DNA of 64,000 nucleotides from Eledone cirrhosa (GCA_964016885.1 OZ024741.1:226052001-226116000); one strand, 5' to 3'; counted from the first letter of the stretch, positions 1 to 14,519 are shown. Notes: a model not told the origin generated them from the sequence alone. Made by a program: numbers and translations.

Positions 1-39
<39 letters not shown>

Positions 40-468
40 AAGGTATATATTGAGTTAGAAACTAAAAAATAGTCTCTTACAAAAAAGCTCAAGGAATAAC
101 ATTTTTCTGGGTCGTGTAATATATATTTTCCTTGAGCTATTTAATTGTAAAAGACTATTTTGAGTTTTGATAAATTCGGCTCCTTCAATTTGTAGAGCTA
201 TTTTAAATGTCGAATGAACTTGGCTGCTATTTTTAGTAGCATGCGTTTTCCGAGACACGCTAGCTCTGGATGCCATGTGCATTATGTTGTATACGCACAC
301 CATTCAGTCTTCTGAGATACTTAGAAGTGAAGGGTTTACTAATTCCACAGCTACTGAAGAGCAATAGAATTGGTAATTTCCTTTCCCTAAATTGCGAAAC
401 AGCATTACCAAAAGCTATCTGGGTGTTTGATAGTTGTCACAATTTCTGTTTGTATTTTTTTCTAATAT

Positions 469-559
469 ACCGGCAATCGTTCTGTTTAATTCTATAAGAA
501 CCCAATTGCTATAATTTTCATGTATACATCGCTATTTCAGGGCACCAATACTAATATAT
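469..559 (+). mobile_element. Internally deleted copy of HHR family C (ribozyme segment missing)
   Basis: Reverse complement reads TATTAGTATTGGTGCCCTGAAATAGCGATGTATACATGAAAATTAT...TTCTTATAGAATT..ACAGAACGATTGCCGGT. This matches separated parts of the units at 25241 and 51114. Confidence 0.65.
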
Positions 560-1034
560 GTGTATAATTTTCAAATTCCTAAAACAACTTATACTTTTAG
601 GATAAGTGAGATATAAATCAATGTTAAGGAGACCACTTTCTTTCAAAGTTATTTAGAAATAGGAGAAGATATCGGGAAGAACTCAACAGCCTTGCGCCAT
701 AGCGTCTTCTCCAAGACTATTTCGTATTCTACAGGTCACTCCCCAAATACTATTAGGAAAAAACCAATAATTAAATAATCTGGTTCTCCACACCCCCATC
801 CTTCTCTTCAAATGTCAAACGTAATGTCAGAAAGGTTTTTAGCCCTCATAGATGTTACCGATTCTGCCAATTCATCGCACCACAAAAAATATTTGCAATA
901 ATAATCGTTTATGAATGTGTATTTATGTGTGTATAGCTAGTTGAGTTTGGTTTCCTGCTACGCCTGAATAGTAATAACAACCACAGAAACAAAAATAGTA
1001 CTTATAATAATTTGTATTATTACCCTCAACATCA

Positions 1035-1250
1035 GGGTGGTGGATTGGCAGTATCGGTAGAGCGTCAGACGCCATGCTTTGCAGCATAGAGTTACGGCCC
1101 TTTATGATCAGAGTTCAAATCTTGCCGAGGTTAACTTTGCCTTTCATCCTTACGGGGGTCGATAAAATAAAGTACCAATTACGCACTGGGGTCGACATAA
1201 TCGACTTTCCCCTCCCCCAAATTTGCTGGCCTTGTGCCGTTAGTAGAAAT
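1035..1250 (+). mobile_element. tRNA-derived SINE (Meta/MESC-like central domain)
   Basis: A-box-like TGGCAGTATCGG, B-box-like GAGTTCAAATC, core CTTTGCCTTTCATCCTTACGGGGTCGATAAAATAAAGTACC; many copies in the window. Confidence 0.9.
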
Positions 1251-1270
1251 CTTTATAACCATTAACATCA

Positions 1271-1468
1271 GGACGGTAGATTGGCCGTATGGGTAGAGCG
1301 TCAGACACCATCCTTTGCAGCATAGAATTATGGCCCTTTATGTTCTGAGTTGAAATCCCGCCGCGGTTAGCTTTGTCTTTCATCCTTACAGGGTTGATAA
1401 AATAAAGTACCAGTGGCATCGATCTCATAGAATTTCCCTTCCCCAAAATTGCTGGCCTTGTGCCTAAG
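1271..1468 (+). mobile_element. SINE copy, same family
   Basis: Same head, core and GCTGGCCTTGTGCC tail. Confidence 0.9.
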
Positions 1469-1471
1469 CTA

Positions 1472-1652
1472 GGTGGATTGGCAGTATCGGTAGAGGGTCG
1501 GACGCCATGCTTTGTAGCATAGTTACGTCCCTTTACGGACTGAGTTCAAATCCCGCCGAGGTTAACTTTGCCTTTCATCCTTACGGGGTCGATAAAATAA
1601 AGTACCAGTAATACACTGGCGTAATTGCTGGCCTTGTGCCAAAAGTACAAAC
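1472..1652 (+). mobile_element. SINE copy, same family
   Basis: Near-consensus copy. Confidence 0.9.
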
Positions 1653-1700
1653 ATTATTACCATTAACATCATTATCACTATCATAATGACAACTATATTA

Positions 1701-1864
1701 ATAATTGTTTCTACTTTAGGCACAAGGCCAGCAATTATCCAGTGCATCGCTGGTACTTTATTTTATCGATCCCGTAAGGATGAAAGGCAAAGTTAACCTC
1801 GGCGAGATTTGAACTCAGATTGTAAAGGGACGACCCTCTACCAACCCTCTACCAACACTGCCAA
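1701..1864 (-). mobile_element. SINE copy, inverted relative to 1472-1652
   Basis: Reverse complement of the consensus, with an internal deletion near the head. Confidence 0.9.
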
Positions 1865-2217
1865 ATAATAATGAACCAATCAGCAAAATGAACATGAATT
1901 GTTGTGGCTGTATGTGGACGTGTGTGAATGTGCGTGTGCGCTTGCGTACGTATGTGTATTGGGTTAGGGTTAGGGTTCAATAAGTTGCCGGGGCACAAAT
2001 ACATTTTTTTCATTTTGAATAAATATATTCTTTTATTTATTCTTGTGTGATCTTTGTGTGTGTGTGTGTGTGTGTCTGTGTCTGTGTGTTCGCATGTGTG
2101 TGTGTGTCTGTGTGTGTGTCAGTGTATGTCTGTGTGTGCGTATGTGTATGTGTGTGTAGCAATAGAGATTTATTCCCTTATCTGTTCGTGTATGGAGGGT
2201 CATGTGATAACATAGTA

Positions 2218-2733
2218 ATAATTGTTTCTACTTTTTGGCACAAGGCCAGCAGTTAACTAGTGCATTACTGGTACTTTTATTTTATCGACCCCCTAAGGAT
2301 GAAAGGCAAAGTTTAATAATGAATTCTACTTTAGGCACAATTTTTTTTTTTTTTTGGGGGGGGGGGGGGTCCATTAAATCGACCCCAGTACGTTATTGGT
2401 ACTTTATTTTATCGACTCCGTAAGGATGAAATGCAAAGTTAACCTCGGTGGGATTTGATATCTGACCGTAAAGGACCGTAACTCTCTGCTGCAAACCATG
2501 GTGCCCGACCTTACTGATACTGCCAATCCATTGCCCTATAACTTAGTAATAATTGTTTCTACTTTAGGCACAAGGCCAGCAATTATCCAGTACATTACTG
2601 GTACTTTATTTTATCGACCAAGTAAGGATGAAAGGCAAAGTTAACCTTGGTGGGATTTGAACTCAGACCGTAAAGGGACGTAACTATGCTAGAAAGCATG
2701 GCGTCCAACCCGCTACCGATACTGCCAATTCAC
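2218..2733 (-). mobile_element. Three tandem SINE copies (2218-2313 partial, 2322-2536, 2547-2733)
   Basis: Repeated TTCTACTTT(A/T)GGCACAA...GGTACTTTATTTTATCGAC...GGATGAAAGGCAAAGTT. Confidence 0.9.
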
Positions 2734-3185
2734 TTAGTAATAATGGCATCAACAATGATATTGATAATAATAATTCCATAAGCAAGGTGCAGAATGTTAC
2801 GTGTGTGTTTGTGGGTTTTGTATTTTTGAATAAATATATTATATTTATTTATTTGTGTTTGATCTGTGGCATTATCTAGACAACGGTATAATGGAAAACC
2901 TGGAATTTTTTTTTGGGGGGGGGGGGACTTGCACACACATCTAAAGGCTCACCTAATCCAATTGCTCGCAACATATGCGAAACCCCGCTACAAGGTGTCA
3001 GAAAACAACTATGAGGGCTAAATCTTCTAAAGTTGAATGGTTCTGATTCTGAGCTACTGTTTTTAGCGGTCTTTTGCCCTTTTCACACCACCACGGACTA
3101 TAAAACGCACATGTCTTTCCTCTATACCATGCGTGTTTTCTTAGTTATCTGATATATGTTTAGAAGTGTTGATCATATTGCTAGG

Positions 3186-3267
3186 AACCCGCCGATGAGC
3201 TACATCTACAATATGAATTCTTCACTTATTAAAGCGAAACATACTCTAATTTGAGCATATCCGGGTT
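3186..3267 (+). ncRNA. Degenerate type-I hammerhead ribozyme
   Basis: Stem I AACCCG/CGGGTT; core CCGATGA; stem II GCT..AGC; GAAA; mismatched stem III; triplet ATC. Confidence 0.55.
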
Positions 3268-3659
3268 TTATAGACATAATCCGATGGTTACTACACTTTA
3301 ATATATTCTTTTAATTGATTTATATTGACAATTCTTTCCGTAAGTAATATGTTCGTCACTCTGGTGCTTTTTGATCCCTATTATTGAACACATATCTATA
3401 TGTTCACTTGTCTCTATATGTTGTTGATATATATATATATATATAATAGTAGAACACTGGTGGGTTATATCCATAGTAGTAGAACACTCAGTCCATGGGA
3501 CGAGTTTGGTAGAAGTAGTTCCACAACAGTTAGTTCATCATACCGAGATCAATTTTTTCACCTTATTCGGATCATCAGATCGGTTTAAACCGAGTTTTAC
3601 ATACATATATATACATATATATACATTGATATATACATATATATAACATATATATATAT

Positions 3660-3743
<84 letters not shown>

Positions 3744-4449
3744 ATATTTTTATTTATACTTGTGTGTGTATAAACCCACGGAAGGAAAGGAACAATCAAC
3801 ACATGTTAACTATTTATATTAAATTAACACCTTGGCTTAGCTCCGAACTTACTAACTTACTAGGAAAAATCGTCTAAACCACCAGGCCTGCGTGTGTGCG
3901 TACAGAATCCTATTCCTATGCTAAAGGATATTAGATGAAAATTCCGATGAATCTTCCAAGTCATCATTTAATCACCTGGGAATAAACTACGCGCTGGATA
4001 ACCAGCTAACGCGAATAACTCATCCCAATGTATTTTTTAGCTGTTATTTATTTATATGGCATCTATATACATAATTACTGTTTTAAAACTGCTTGCGTGT
4101 GTGTGAGTATGTGTGTGTGTGCGTGCGTGTGTGTGTGTATTGCATTTTCTTGACTTCAATCACAATGCATTCATTACATTCCTCCATTCATAGATTCTTA
4201 ATTCCTGATAGGGCAGCACGGGTATCATCACGTGTCGTACCCTGGGTAGTTTAAACTTGATGTATACCATACCATCCGGCACCAGATCTGAGCACATGAC
4301 TTCTGTCGAAAATGAAAGCGAGAGAGATAGAGAGAGAGGGGGGATAGAGAGTGAGAGAGAAGGAGAGAGAGAGTGAGTGAATAAAGAGAGAGAAGAGATA
4401 CCTCTCGAGAGAAGGTGGAAGTAATACAGAGCAAAGGAAAATGTATGTG

Positions 4450-4595
4450 CCCAGTACTGAGCTGGTACCTTATTTATCGTCCTCGGAAGGATGAAAGGCA
4501 AAGTTGATCTCGAACAGCGTGTACAGAAATGGAACTAACGTATACCGCAATGCAATTCTATCGGAGCTTTACACGACTCTGCCAATTCGCCACCT
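4450..4595 (-). mobile_element. Diverged SINE copy
   Basis: CTGGTACCTTATTTATCGTCCTCGGAAGGATGAAAGGCAAAGTTGA core. Confidence 0.7.
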
Positions 4596-5084
4596 TAATG
4601 AGCTCGCTATTCACTGACAGTATTTTGTTTTCTTTCTTTTCTTTGGTATTGCTTTTTTTCATTTTTATTAGTTCAGGAGAAATAAATCCAAGTGTGACAA
4701 GCACGCAAGCAGATGCTAGTGTTGGGTTGTCAGGCTCTATTAACGAGCCACATCTCTGCATGTTCACTCACAATTAAAATCCAATATTTTCCTATTACTC
4801 GTATTTGTGCTTTCATGTATTTTTTGTTGATTTTCCATTGTTATTTTTCCCCATCATCCTGTATCCACGAATGCAGTCACCAAGGCAATCAGCCTCTTAC
4901 CCAACTCTCAATGCATCTAAACCTACTCACACACTAATTCCATGCAACCACACAGATATAGGCAAACTGATCACTCATCTATCATTCTACCCAGGAATAA
5001 GATCTGTAAACACAAATCAACTTGACCAGCTTCATCTAAGAAATATATTATTTACACAAGAGGCTGAATTTAGCAATGAATCAC

Positions 5085-5224
<140 letters not shown>

Positions 5225-5609
5225 ATATATGCATTCTATGAATAAGGCTCTTACATTACAAATAGATCTTTTCCCCTAGAACTATATTTCACAAACTCGT
5301 AGCACTTACATTCTGTTCCCGCTCTATATATCTATTCCCCGTGCCTCTCTCTCTGTTCATTTATCTTTGTACTTCATTTATCTACGTCGCTTTTTGGAAC
5401 TCTTTCGCAATTGAAAGGAAATAACACAACAATTTCAAAAGCGTTGTCAATAAAAGCTGAAGAATAACTGAAAAAGTAGGCAATGAAACATGTGTACCTT
5501 AAATGATAGAATAGTTAGTATAATAAATATCTGTATACCACAAGACGTCCCACGGACTGAGTGGTCTTTCAATTTTTGGATATCACAAAACAAATTACAA
5601 TACACAACA

Positions 5610-5663
<54 letters not shown>

Positions 5664-5942
5664 GACAGACAACCTTTTCCCCCACCCCGGAAAAAAACCC
5701 CAGTTGATGGATGTGAATCCGAAATATATAGGGACTATTAAATCTCTCCCAGGGTAACTCTCTCTCTTGTGTTGTTATTATTATTTTTACCCTTTTACTC
5801 TTCCCTTCATTCTACACATCTCACACATCTTATACACACCACGCATTTCAACGTACACCCACTTACATCTCTCTCTCCACCACCGGACCTTGTTACTCAG
5901 AGATTTACCCACTTGCATTGTCGAGGCTTCCAAACGACTTAA

Positions 5943-6015
<73 letters not shown>

Positions 6016-6766
6016 TATGCGTGCACACACGCGCACATACACGCACGCACACACACACACACGCACACACACATACGCTCACACACTTATGTATATTCAT
6101 ATATATATGTATGTGTGTGTATACATGTATGAATTCCAGTTTGCACAAATTAAGTACAGATGTCAAAGATGTATGAAATAGTTTTGCAGAAAAACGCCGA
6201 TTTATACATGTCTGCCTTTATTTAGTAAACACGTTAATTTCTCACAACTCACTTCTATGAATTACTAATGAATGATATAATAATTTAATAAATTATCGCT
6301 CAGTTTAGCACCTTCGATAACTACCTTGCAAGCTATATAATAATAACTCCAACAATGTCCGATATTAGAATACACTAAAATATTATCATCCCACCGTTAG
6401 AAGACGGAGTTTTATTAACTCTTAGCTTCCTGTAATGATCTAGCTGAACATATCTAAAGACAGGATTGTTAATTCAAATGTTTATCATATTTTACTAATG
6501 GACAGATATTTGAGAGAATTTGCCATAAAATAAAATGAACATTAATTGTGATTGCGATGCAGTCATAGTGTTATTTTGTTCTTTTCAAGAATGTTTTGCT
6601 AATGTGGTTTCATGCATACAGGATGCTCCATTCTGCGATACAGGATGCTAAATGTTGCTCCATCATATCATATCAAGGACTGTTTGGCTTTCAGAAAAAC
6701 AATTCTTCATAGTCTCTTATATTCTATTATCATGTGCGTATGTATGTATGCTTGTATGTATGTATG

Positions 6767-7375
6767 TTTCCCTTAATTCCGAGTACATTTTTACCGGCCA
6801 CCCTCCTGATGGCAAGGTTGTAAAAGAAAAGAAATTGTCATCCTTTGAATTGCAAAAATATTTTGTAAATGTTTAAGGTGTGCCAGCTATCGCAGCCTTT
6901 TGTAGTCTATGAATTGGAGAGTTGCGCTCTTTGTCCACAAACTTTGTCCACGTTGGTCCAAGCGGGTTGGTATATAACCTGAAGCTCCAATAATGATGGG
7001 CATGAAACTGAATGTATATCTTAGATACTGGATCAGCAAACTCGTCATCAATGGTTTGTAGTTTTCCTCCTTCTCTTGTACTTTTCTTACAACGTTAACA
7101 TCAAGTGGGCAGCTGATCTCTACAACAGAGCACGTTATCAATGTGTGGTCCCAAACAACATTAACAGGCCGGTTGTGCTTTAATTTGGTGGCAGTTTTTA
7201 TTTTCAGGTTCCGCCAATATTCTTTAGTGCCAACAATATTCCTCCGCATTTGTTTTTAATTTTGTTTTCTAGATGATTCTAGCTATCATATCGTGTCTCA
7301 TAGGGAGGTAGTAACGAGAAGACATTGTTTCACAGTTGGCAATACTGCGGCTAACATCTTCGACCTTTGTTTTAC
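6767..7375 (-). mobile_element. R4/Dong-like RLE non-LTR retrotransposon, 3' fragment (decayed)
   Basis: ORF 6887-7249 (KHNRPVNVVWD, VVEISCPLDVN, K..EENY) is homologous to 55029-55857; flanked on both sides by (TATG)n. Confidence 0.85.
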
Positions 7376-7406
<31 letters not shown>

Positions 7407-7475
7407 TGTATGTATGTATGTATGTATGTATGTATGTATGCATGCATATATGTATGTATGTTAGAGCAAATCTAG

Positions 7476-7745
7476 CCTCAGGAGCCACAGTCACAGCTAT
7501 GCTCAGAGAGAACCAGTGAACTATGATCACCACGGTATTGAAAAATGTAATGAATGTCTCAAAGAATGTCGATCTGTAGCTAGCATGTGAAGGTTCACTG
7601 AAGCGGTATGTGAAGATTCACATGCTACCTGATGCAACACCTGAGACTGGGGAGAACCATAGTTGTCGTCAATGTGCGAATGAGTGCAAGTCTCTAGCAG
7701 GCTTGAAAAGCAATATCCGAGCGTCAGACATCTTGCAGCCATCAT
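7476..7745 (+). mobile_element. Decayed LINE (RTE-like) C-terminal fragment
   Basis: CRQCANECKSLAGLKSNIR resembles the C-terminal zinc finger of RTE ORFs. Confidence 0.45.
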
Positions 7746-7873
7746 GTATGTGTATATATATGCATGACCGTGTAAGTATCTCCCGTCTCTCTAAATAAAC
7801 ATACATATATACATGCATACACACATTCACACACACACATATATATATATGTACACACACATACACACACACA

Positions 7874-7918
<45 letters not shown>

Positions 7919-7927
<9 letters not shown>

Positions 7928-8344
7928 TTAAAAAATAATGAATAAAACAATGAAACAGTTCCTTATATTAAACAAAAAAAGTTCATTATTTAACGATCGT
8001 TTCTAGGATATATATGTGTTAGAATTGGCATGCATATTCAACAGATCTATGTACAAAATTATACAAAATTATACAAACTATCAAGATTAAATATACATAC
8101 CAACACATATATATGCCGTCTTCAGAAATAATTATTTCTGAAGACGGCATATATATGTGTTTGGTATGTATATTTAATTTTGATAGTTTGTATAATTTTG
8201 TATAATTTTGTACATAGATCTGTTGAATATGCATGCCAATTCTAACACATATATATGCTAGAAACGATCGTTAAATAATGAACTTTTTTGTTTAATATAA
8301 GGAACTGTTTCATTGTTTTATTCATTATTTTTTTAATATTTTAT
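7919..8344. repeat. Near-perfect ~426-bp palindrome (no spacer) carrying two head-to-head hammerheads
   Basis: Centre CAGAAATAA|TTATTTCTG at 8131/8132; arms are reverse complements with few mismatches; flanked by (TA)n. Confidence 0.95.
8131..8279 (+). ncRNA. Type-I hammerhead ribozyme with long helix II (mirror copy at 7985-8132, minus strand)
   Basis: ATTATTT-CTGAAGA-C-GGCATATATATGTGTT...AACACATATATATGCT-A-GAAA-C-GATC-GTT-AAATAAT. Stem I is 7 bp; stem III has a palindromic GATC loop. Confidence 0.8.
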
Positions 8345-8475
8345 CTTGACTCTGTATTCCGTTTATCTTTCACCGAAAGTGATTTTTCATTGCATCTCTT
8401 CTTTCCATGATATCCGGATTACATTGAGTTCTTCATACGGATTGGACACTACCGTAAACTCTTGGTAGATTTATC

Positions 8476-8538
<63 letters not shown>

Positions 8539-8933
8539 GTTTGAAATTGACTAAAACTGCTTTCAAGTTCTATTAACCCGTTTTTTACTATTTAATACAC
8601 AAGAATTGACCACAGGGAATTTACACATATGAATTAATAAGTATACTTTTGATATTAAACACGATACCAGAAAACTATAGAAGGTTTGAAAAGAATAAAC
8701 TTCTTACATAAAAACCAACGTTTCAAGAGAAATTTATTACCTTATTATTAACTGGGAATGTCGACATTAAGAAAACCTCTGCTGCCTTTATGACAACCTT
8801 TAAAACTCTGGGTTAACGCTCATGTATATGTGTGTGTATGTATGTATATATATGTATATATACATATATATACATACACATACATTATATAACAGATATA
8901 AAAGAGAGGGTGTGATAAGATACCAGGTGCAAT

Positions 8934-9090
8934 ATAACGCACGAGAGTACTCGATGCTTGGGGCAGTAGCGTGGGTAATATGAAAAGATTCTGGACCCCG
9001 GCGGCTGAACTCCGGCCGTTTCGACAGCTATTTTGGATCTAGCTGTCGAAACGGCCTAAGATCAGCTGTCGGGGTCCTGAATCTTTTCAT
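8934..9090. mobile_element. Family B fold-back element (3' half of HHR in both arms)
   Basis: GACAGCTA..TAGCTGTC-GAAACGGC..GCTGTCGGGGTC; similar to 13088, 26700, 44108 and 48941. Confidence 0.8.
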
Positions 9091-9556
9091 ATATATATTA
9101 TATATATATATTATCAGGAAAATAGGAAAAGCTCTGCGTATGGAAGCTGTTAGAACGGCAAAATATCGTCGTGGGGGCGTTGGGTAAAATATTACCTCGA
9201 AAGACAGAGATCAGCGGTTAGATGTGATTTAACTCAAAGGAAGAGAAGATAGGATGTAGGAAAAAAAATGGATGAAAGCGAACAGGTCACAAACATTAGA
9301 ATATGCTCTTCAGATTTAACCCTCCAACAGTTTCGACGAATTAATGAGATTACTGCGGGGAATAGGAGGCTCGTAGCAGAGAAAAGAATATCTTTGTTCA
9401 TATAGTGTTTGCGTTGGGATAGGTTAGAGAGAAAAAGATGGAGTGTGTCTGGTTGCTCTACGGTTCTTATATATTTGATATATATTTATCCTTATCGAGC
9501 CCTCTTTGGATTTTAGTCTTCAAATTTATTATTATTATTATTACTATATATATATA

Positions 9557-9740
9557 GGCGGTGGATTGGCTGTATCGGTAGAGGGTCGGACGCCACGCTT
9601 TCCAGCATAGTTACGTCCCTTTACGATCTGAGTTCAAATCCAGCCGACATTAACTTTGCCTTTCATCCTTACGGGGTCGATAAAATAAAGTACCAATAAT
9701 GCACTGGGTAATTGCTGGCCTTGTGCCTAAAGTAGAAACA
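9557..9740 (+). mobile_element. SINE with 20-bp TSD
   Basis: TSD ATTATTACTATATATATATA at 9537-9556 and 9741-9760. Confidence 0.93.
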
Positions 9741-9831
9741 ATTATTACTATATATATATAGTGAAAGAGTGAAGAATAACATGGTCGCCTGTATATATAT
9801 ATATATATATATGTATTATATATATATGTAT

Positions 9832-9862
<31 letters not shown>

Positions 9863-10049
9863 TATATTATATATATATATATATGCTTGTCACACATCTC
9901 GGAAGTTGTTTTTCGCTAATTTCTAATAGCCGAAATGCGATTCTCGCTAATTTATATTTGTTTATATATATATATACATATATATATATATTGTACTACA
10001 ATAAAACTCACCTCCTACATTATATATATACATATATATCTATATATAC

Positions 10050-10094
<45 letters not shown>

Positions 10095-10095
<1 letters not shown>

Positions 10096-11826
10096 CAGGA
10101 AAGAAGAGTGACACGGTTTGCTATACAAAAAAGGTTTTTAATCTCATTGCTGACAATTGTTTCTCTGAACTGGTAGGTCTAGAGATCGCTACCCGCTTAT
10201 TTTCACGTTATTCGATCACCAATACATAATTATAACCAGTCAATTCATCGGAGCTTGTGAGAATGAAAACAATATACAGGCATGGCTACTATATATAGTA
10301 GTAATAGCATTCAATCAGAACAATAACAACAATACTAACAATGCTAGCAATAAATTATTTGAAATAATCACAACATCAATCTAGGTGGGGAGTATAGTAT
10401 ATCTACGATTTTAGCGTGTAAAACTAGCTGACATGAGGCAGATGTATAAAATTGACATGTAAAAACTGTCATGGGGTGTATTATATCTAGTGTAAAGATA
10501 AGCTGGTGTCTTTAAACAATATAGGTCTGGTGGCCGTAAGAACAACAGTCTGGTGGCTCGGACAACTCCACTTGGCATTACATTGGATCCACCGCGGGTA
10601 CTTTAAAAAAAAGATGGTATATGCACAGACACTCGATGAAAAATCGTGCACTTATGGGTTCTACAACCCTCGCCAAAAAAATCTGGGAACCTAAGGACAA
10701 CAACACCAACTACAGTATCAACTGGTCGAGGTTGTCGGCCGCTAAAACCTACAGTACAGGTATGTCTCACTGTAGGCTATGTGATCTAGAATTACTGTAT
10801 ATCCTTAGAAATGTAAAAAGGCTACTTAACAACAAGTTAGAAAGATCTATCTTCTGCAGACACAGGATCGCCACTAAATTCACAAGATTTAAACCTCCGT
10901 GAATCGAAGCGACGTAACCTAGCTTTCAACTTAGGATACCCACAACACTGCACGAACCACCACAGAAATATAATCATTAAGTACATTCTAGCCTTCTTAG
11001 TTCTATACCACACTAATGTCTGTAAGTACCTCATCAACCCATAAATATATCTCTTCTCAGCTGCTGTCAGCACTTGAACCTAAATCCAAGAACATTTCAA
11101 AATACTACTACAACAGAACTTTACCTTCCTACTGTTATAATTATAGTCAGCATGTTTTCTCTTTATATGTATGCATATATGTGTATGTATATATATATAT
11201 GTTTGTGTGCATGTATGTATATGTATATGTTGCCTCCTTAACCTCTGTATTAACTTGCCCATTATATTGCTACTCTGTTAATGTTGTCCTATACATGTAT
11301 GTTATTGATGAGGAGAAAGCTAGACAACCCTTTCATCTAATATAGACCACACACATCTCACAACAGTGATAAATTTTTCATCTGTCAGATAATAAACGAT
11401 TCTTACGGCCACCAGCCCTATATTGTTTAAAGACACCGGCTTATTTTTACACTAGATATAATACACCACATGACAGCTTTTACATGTCAATTTTATACAT
11501 CTGCCTCATGTCAGCTAGTTTTACACGCTAAAATCGTAGATATACTATACTCCCCACCTAGATTGATGTTGTGATTATTTCAAATAATTTATTGCTAGCA
11601 TTGTTAGTATTGTTGTTATTGTTCTGATTGAATGCTATTACTACTATATATATAGTAGCTATGCCTATATATTCCTTTCATTCTCACAAGCTCCGATGAA
11701 TTGACTGGTTATAACTTTGTATTGGTGATCGAGTAACGGGAAAATAAGCGGTTCAGAGAAACAATTGTCAGCAATGAGATTAAAAACCTTTTTTGTATAG
11801 CAAACCGTGCCACTCTTCTTTCCTGA
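10095..11826 (+). mobile_element. 5'-truncated Penelope-like element with inverted terminal repeats (10095-10541 / 11400-11826)
   Basis: GIY-YIG C-terminal part HYIGSTAGTLKKRWYMHRHS...CRLCDLE...LLNNK...CRH at ~10575-10902; ~430-bp inverted repeat containing an HHR. Confidence 0.85.
10142..10262 (-). ncRNA. Type-I hammerhead in PLE repeat (second copy at 11682-11779, plus strand)
   Basis: GCT-CCGATGA-ATTGACTGG...CCAGTTCAGA-GAAA-C-AATT-GTC-AGC; U4C core variant; palindromic AATT loop. Confidence 0.7.
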
Positions 11827-11998
11827 TTTATTATTACTCCAAGTGTTTAAAACATAGGAATTACAGCGTACTCGCAGCATCACTATGGAAACGCCTTGTT
11901 GAGTCAAACTTAGCCAAGCGTTGATATCATCCACTACCCGGAGTACCCTAACTGGACTACACCTAAGTGGACTACCTATAACAATAATTTGTTACCCC

Positions 11999-12080
<82 letters not shown>

Positions 12081-12130
12081 ATATTTATATATATATACCT
12101 ATATATATATATATATACCTATATATATAT

Positions 12131-12443
12131 AACTTTGAATAACTTTGAAATGTTTTGGCCAGTATTGGCCCAGGCCATGTCTAACTTAATAGCACCACCT
12201 GGCGAAGTCTTTCAATTCAGGATTTGGGCACCATGGCCCATTCGAGAAGAGAATTACTGTTTGCGGAGACATATCCGGGTGTGGGTGGTTTGTCCGGGAT
12301 TACTTGGAGGAATTTGTCCAAAGACTTCTTGAATTTTGTGTGGTCAGTTTCTGTTTTGACGTGTCCTGGTGTGATGTTGAAGAGAGCAGGGCCGATTGAG
12401 GTGAAATAATTGTGCCGTATTGTTGTTATGAGTTGCGATTTAG
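12131..12443 (-). mobile_element. CR1-like LINE 3' fragment
   Basis: GPALFNITP...[16 protein letters not shown]...YVSANSNSL, followed by a short tandem tail (TTCAAAGTTA)x2. Confidence 0.65.
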
Positions 12444-13914
<1,471 letters not shown>

Positions 13915-14382
13915 CACATCTACATTGTATATATGTATACAAAATCCATCAATTATCTTACCGTCTATTTCATTTACTTATTCTGGAATTTTATGTTTAA
14001 GAATTTTTAAAAAGAAACATTGCAAATATCTATCTGATTCATCCATTTCTTTGACGATAAAGCTGATTTAATCCGATATTAGGATTATATTTGGTTGCTG
14101 AAGTAGAACAGATTAAGAGAGTAGATAAACATCATAACCTAGAAACTTTATTATGAATTGCAAAAGATCTCCCAACTGCATTCCATCTTATATACTACAT
14201 CTCAACTCCGTCTGTATCTCTGGCACTTTCTCTCTCCTGTTACTTATATCTTTCTCTTTTATCTTTATATAATAACTACTGTATCAAACTATGCCAATCA
14301 ACTAAGATCCGATTTATCTGTCTGCCTCTCCGACGTCTATCTGTCTGTTCGTACGGCCTCAATCAATCAAAGCAATCAGTCA

Positions 14383-14519
<137 letters not shown>

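Noticed and set aside
55-460. Possible decayed tyrosine-recombinase (DIRS-like) coding sequence on the minus strand
   Set aside because: Only a faint AHGI/STF resemblance across frameshifts; cannot be supported.
1961-1977. TTAGGG telomeric-like repeats
   Set aside because: Fewer than three units; not enough to call an interstitial telomere.
1035-2733. Repeat-spacer appearance resembling a CRISPR array or tRNA cluster
   Set aside because: The units are ~190-bp SINEs dispersed through the window with TSDs. There is no complete cloverleaf, no cas genes, and the context is eukaryotic.
4672-4777. Possible terminal exon after a strong polypyrimidine tract (SGEINPSVTSTQADASV...)
   Set aside because: Acceptor only, short frame, no recognisable protein and no partner exon.
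5698-5734. HHR-like CCC-CAGTTGA-T-GGAT..ATCC-GAAA-TATATA-GGG (and a similar relic near 3945-3990)
   Set aside because: Two or more core substitutions; too degenerate to call.
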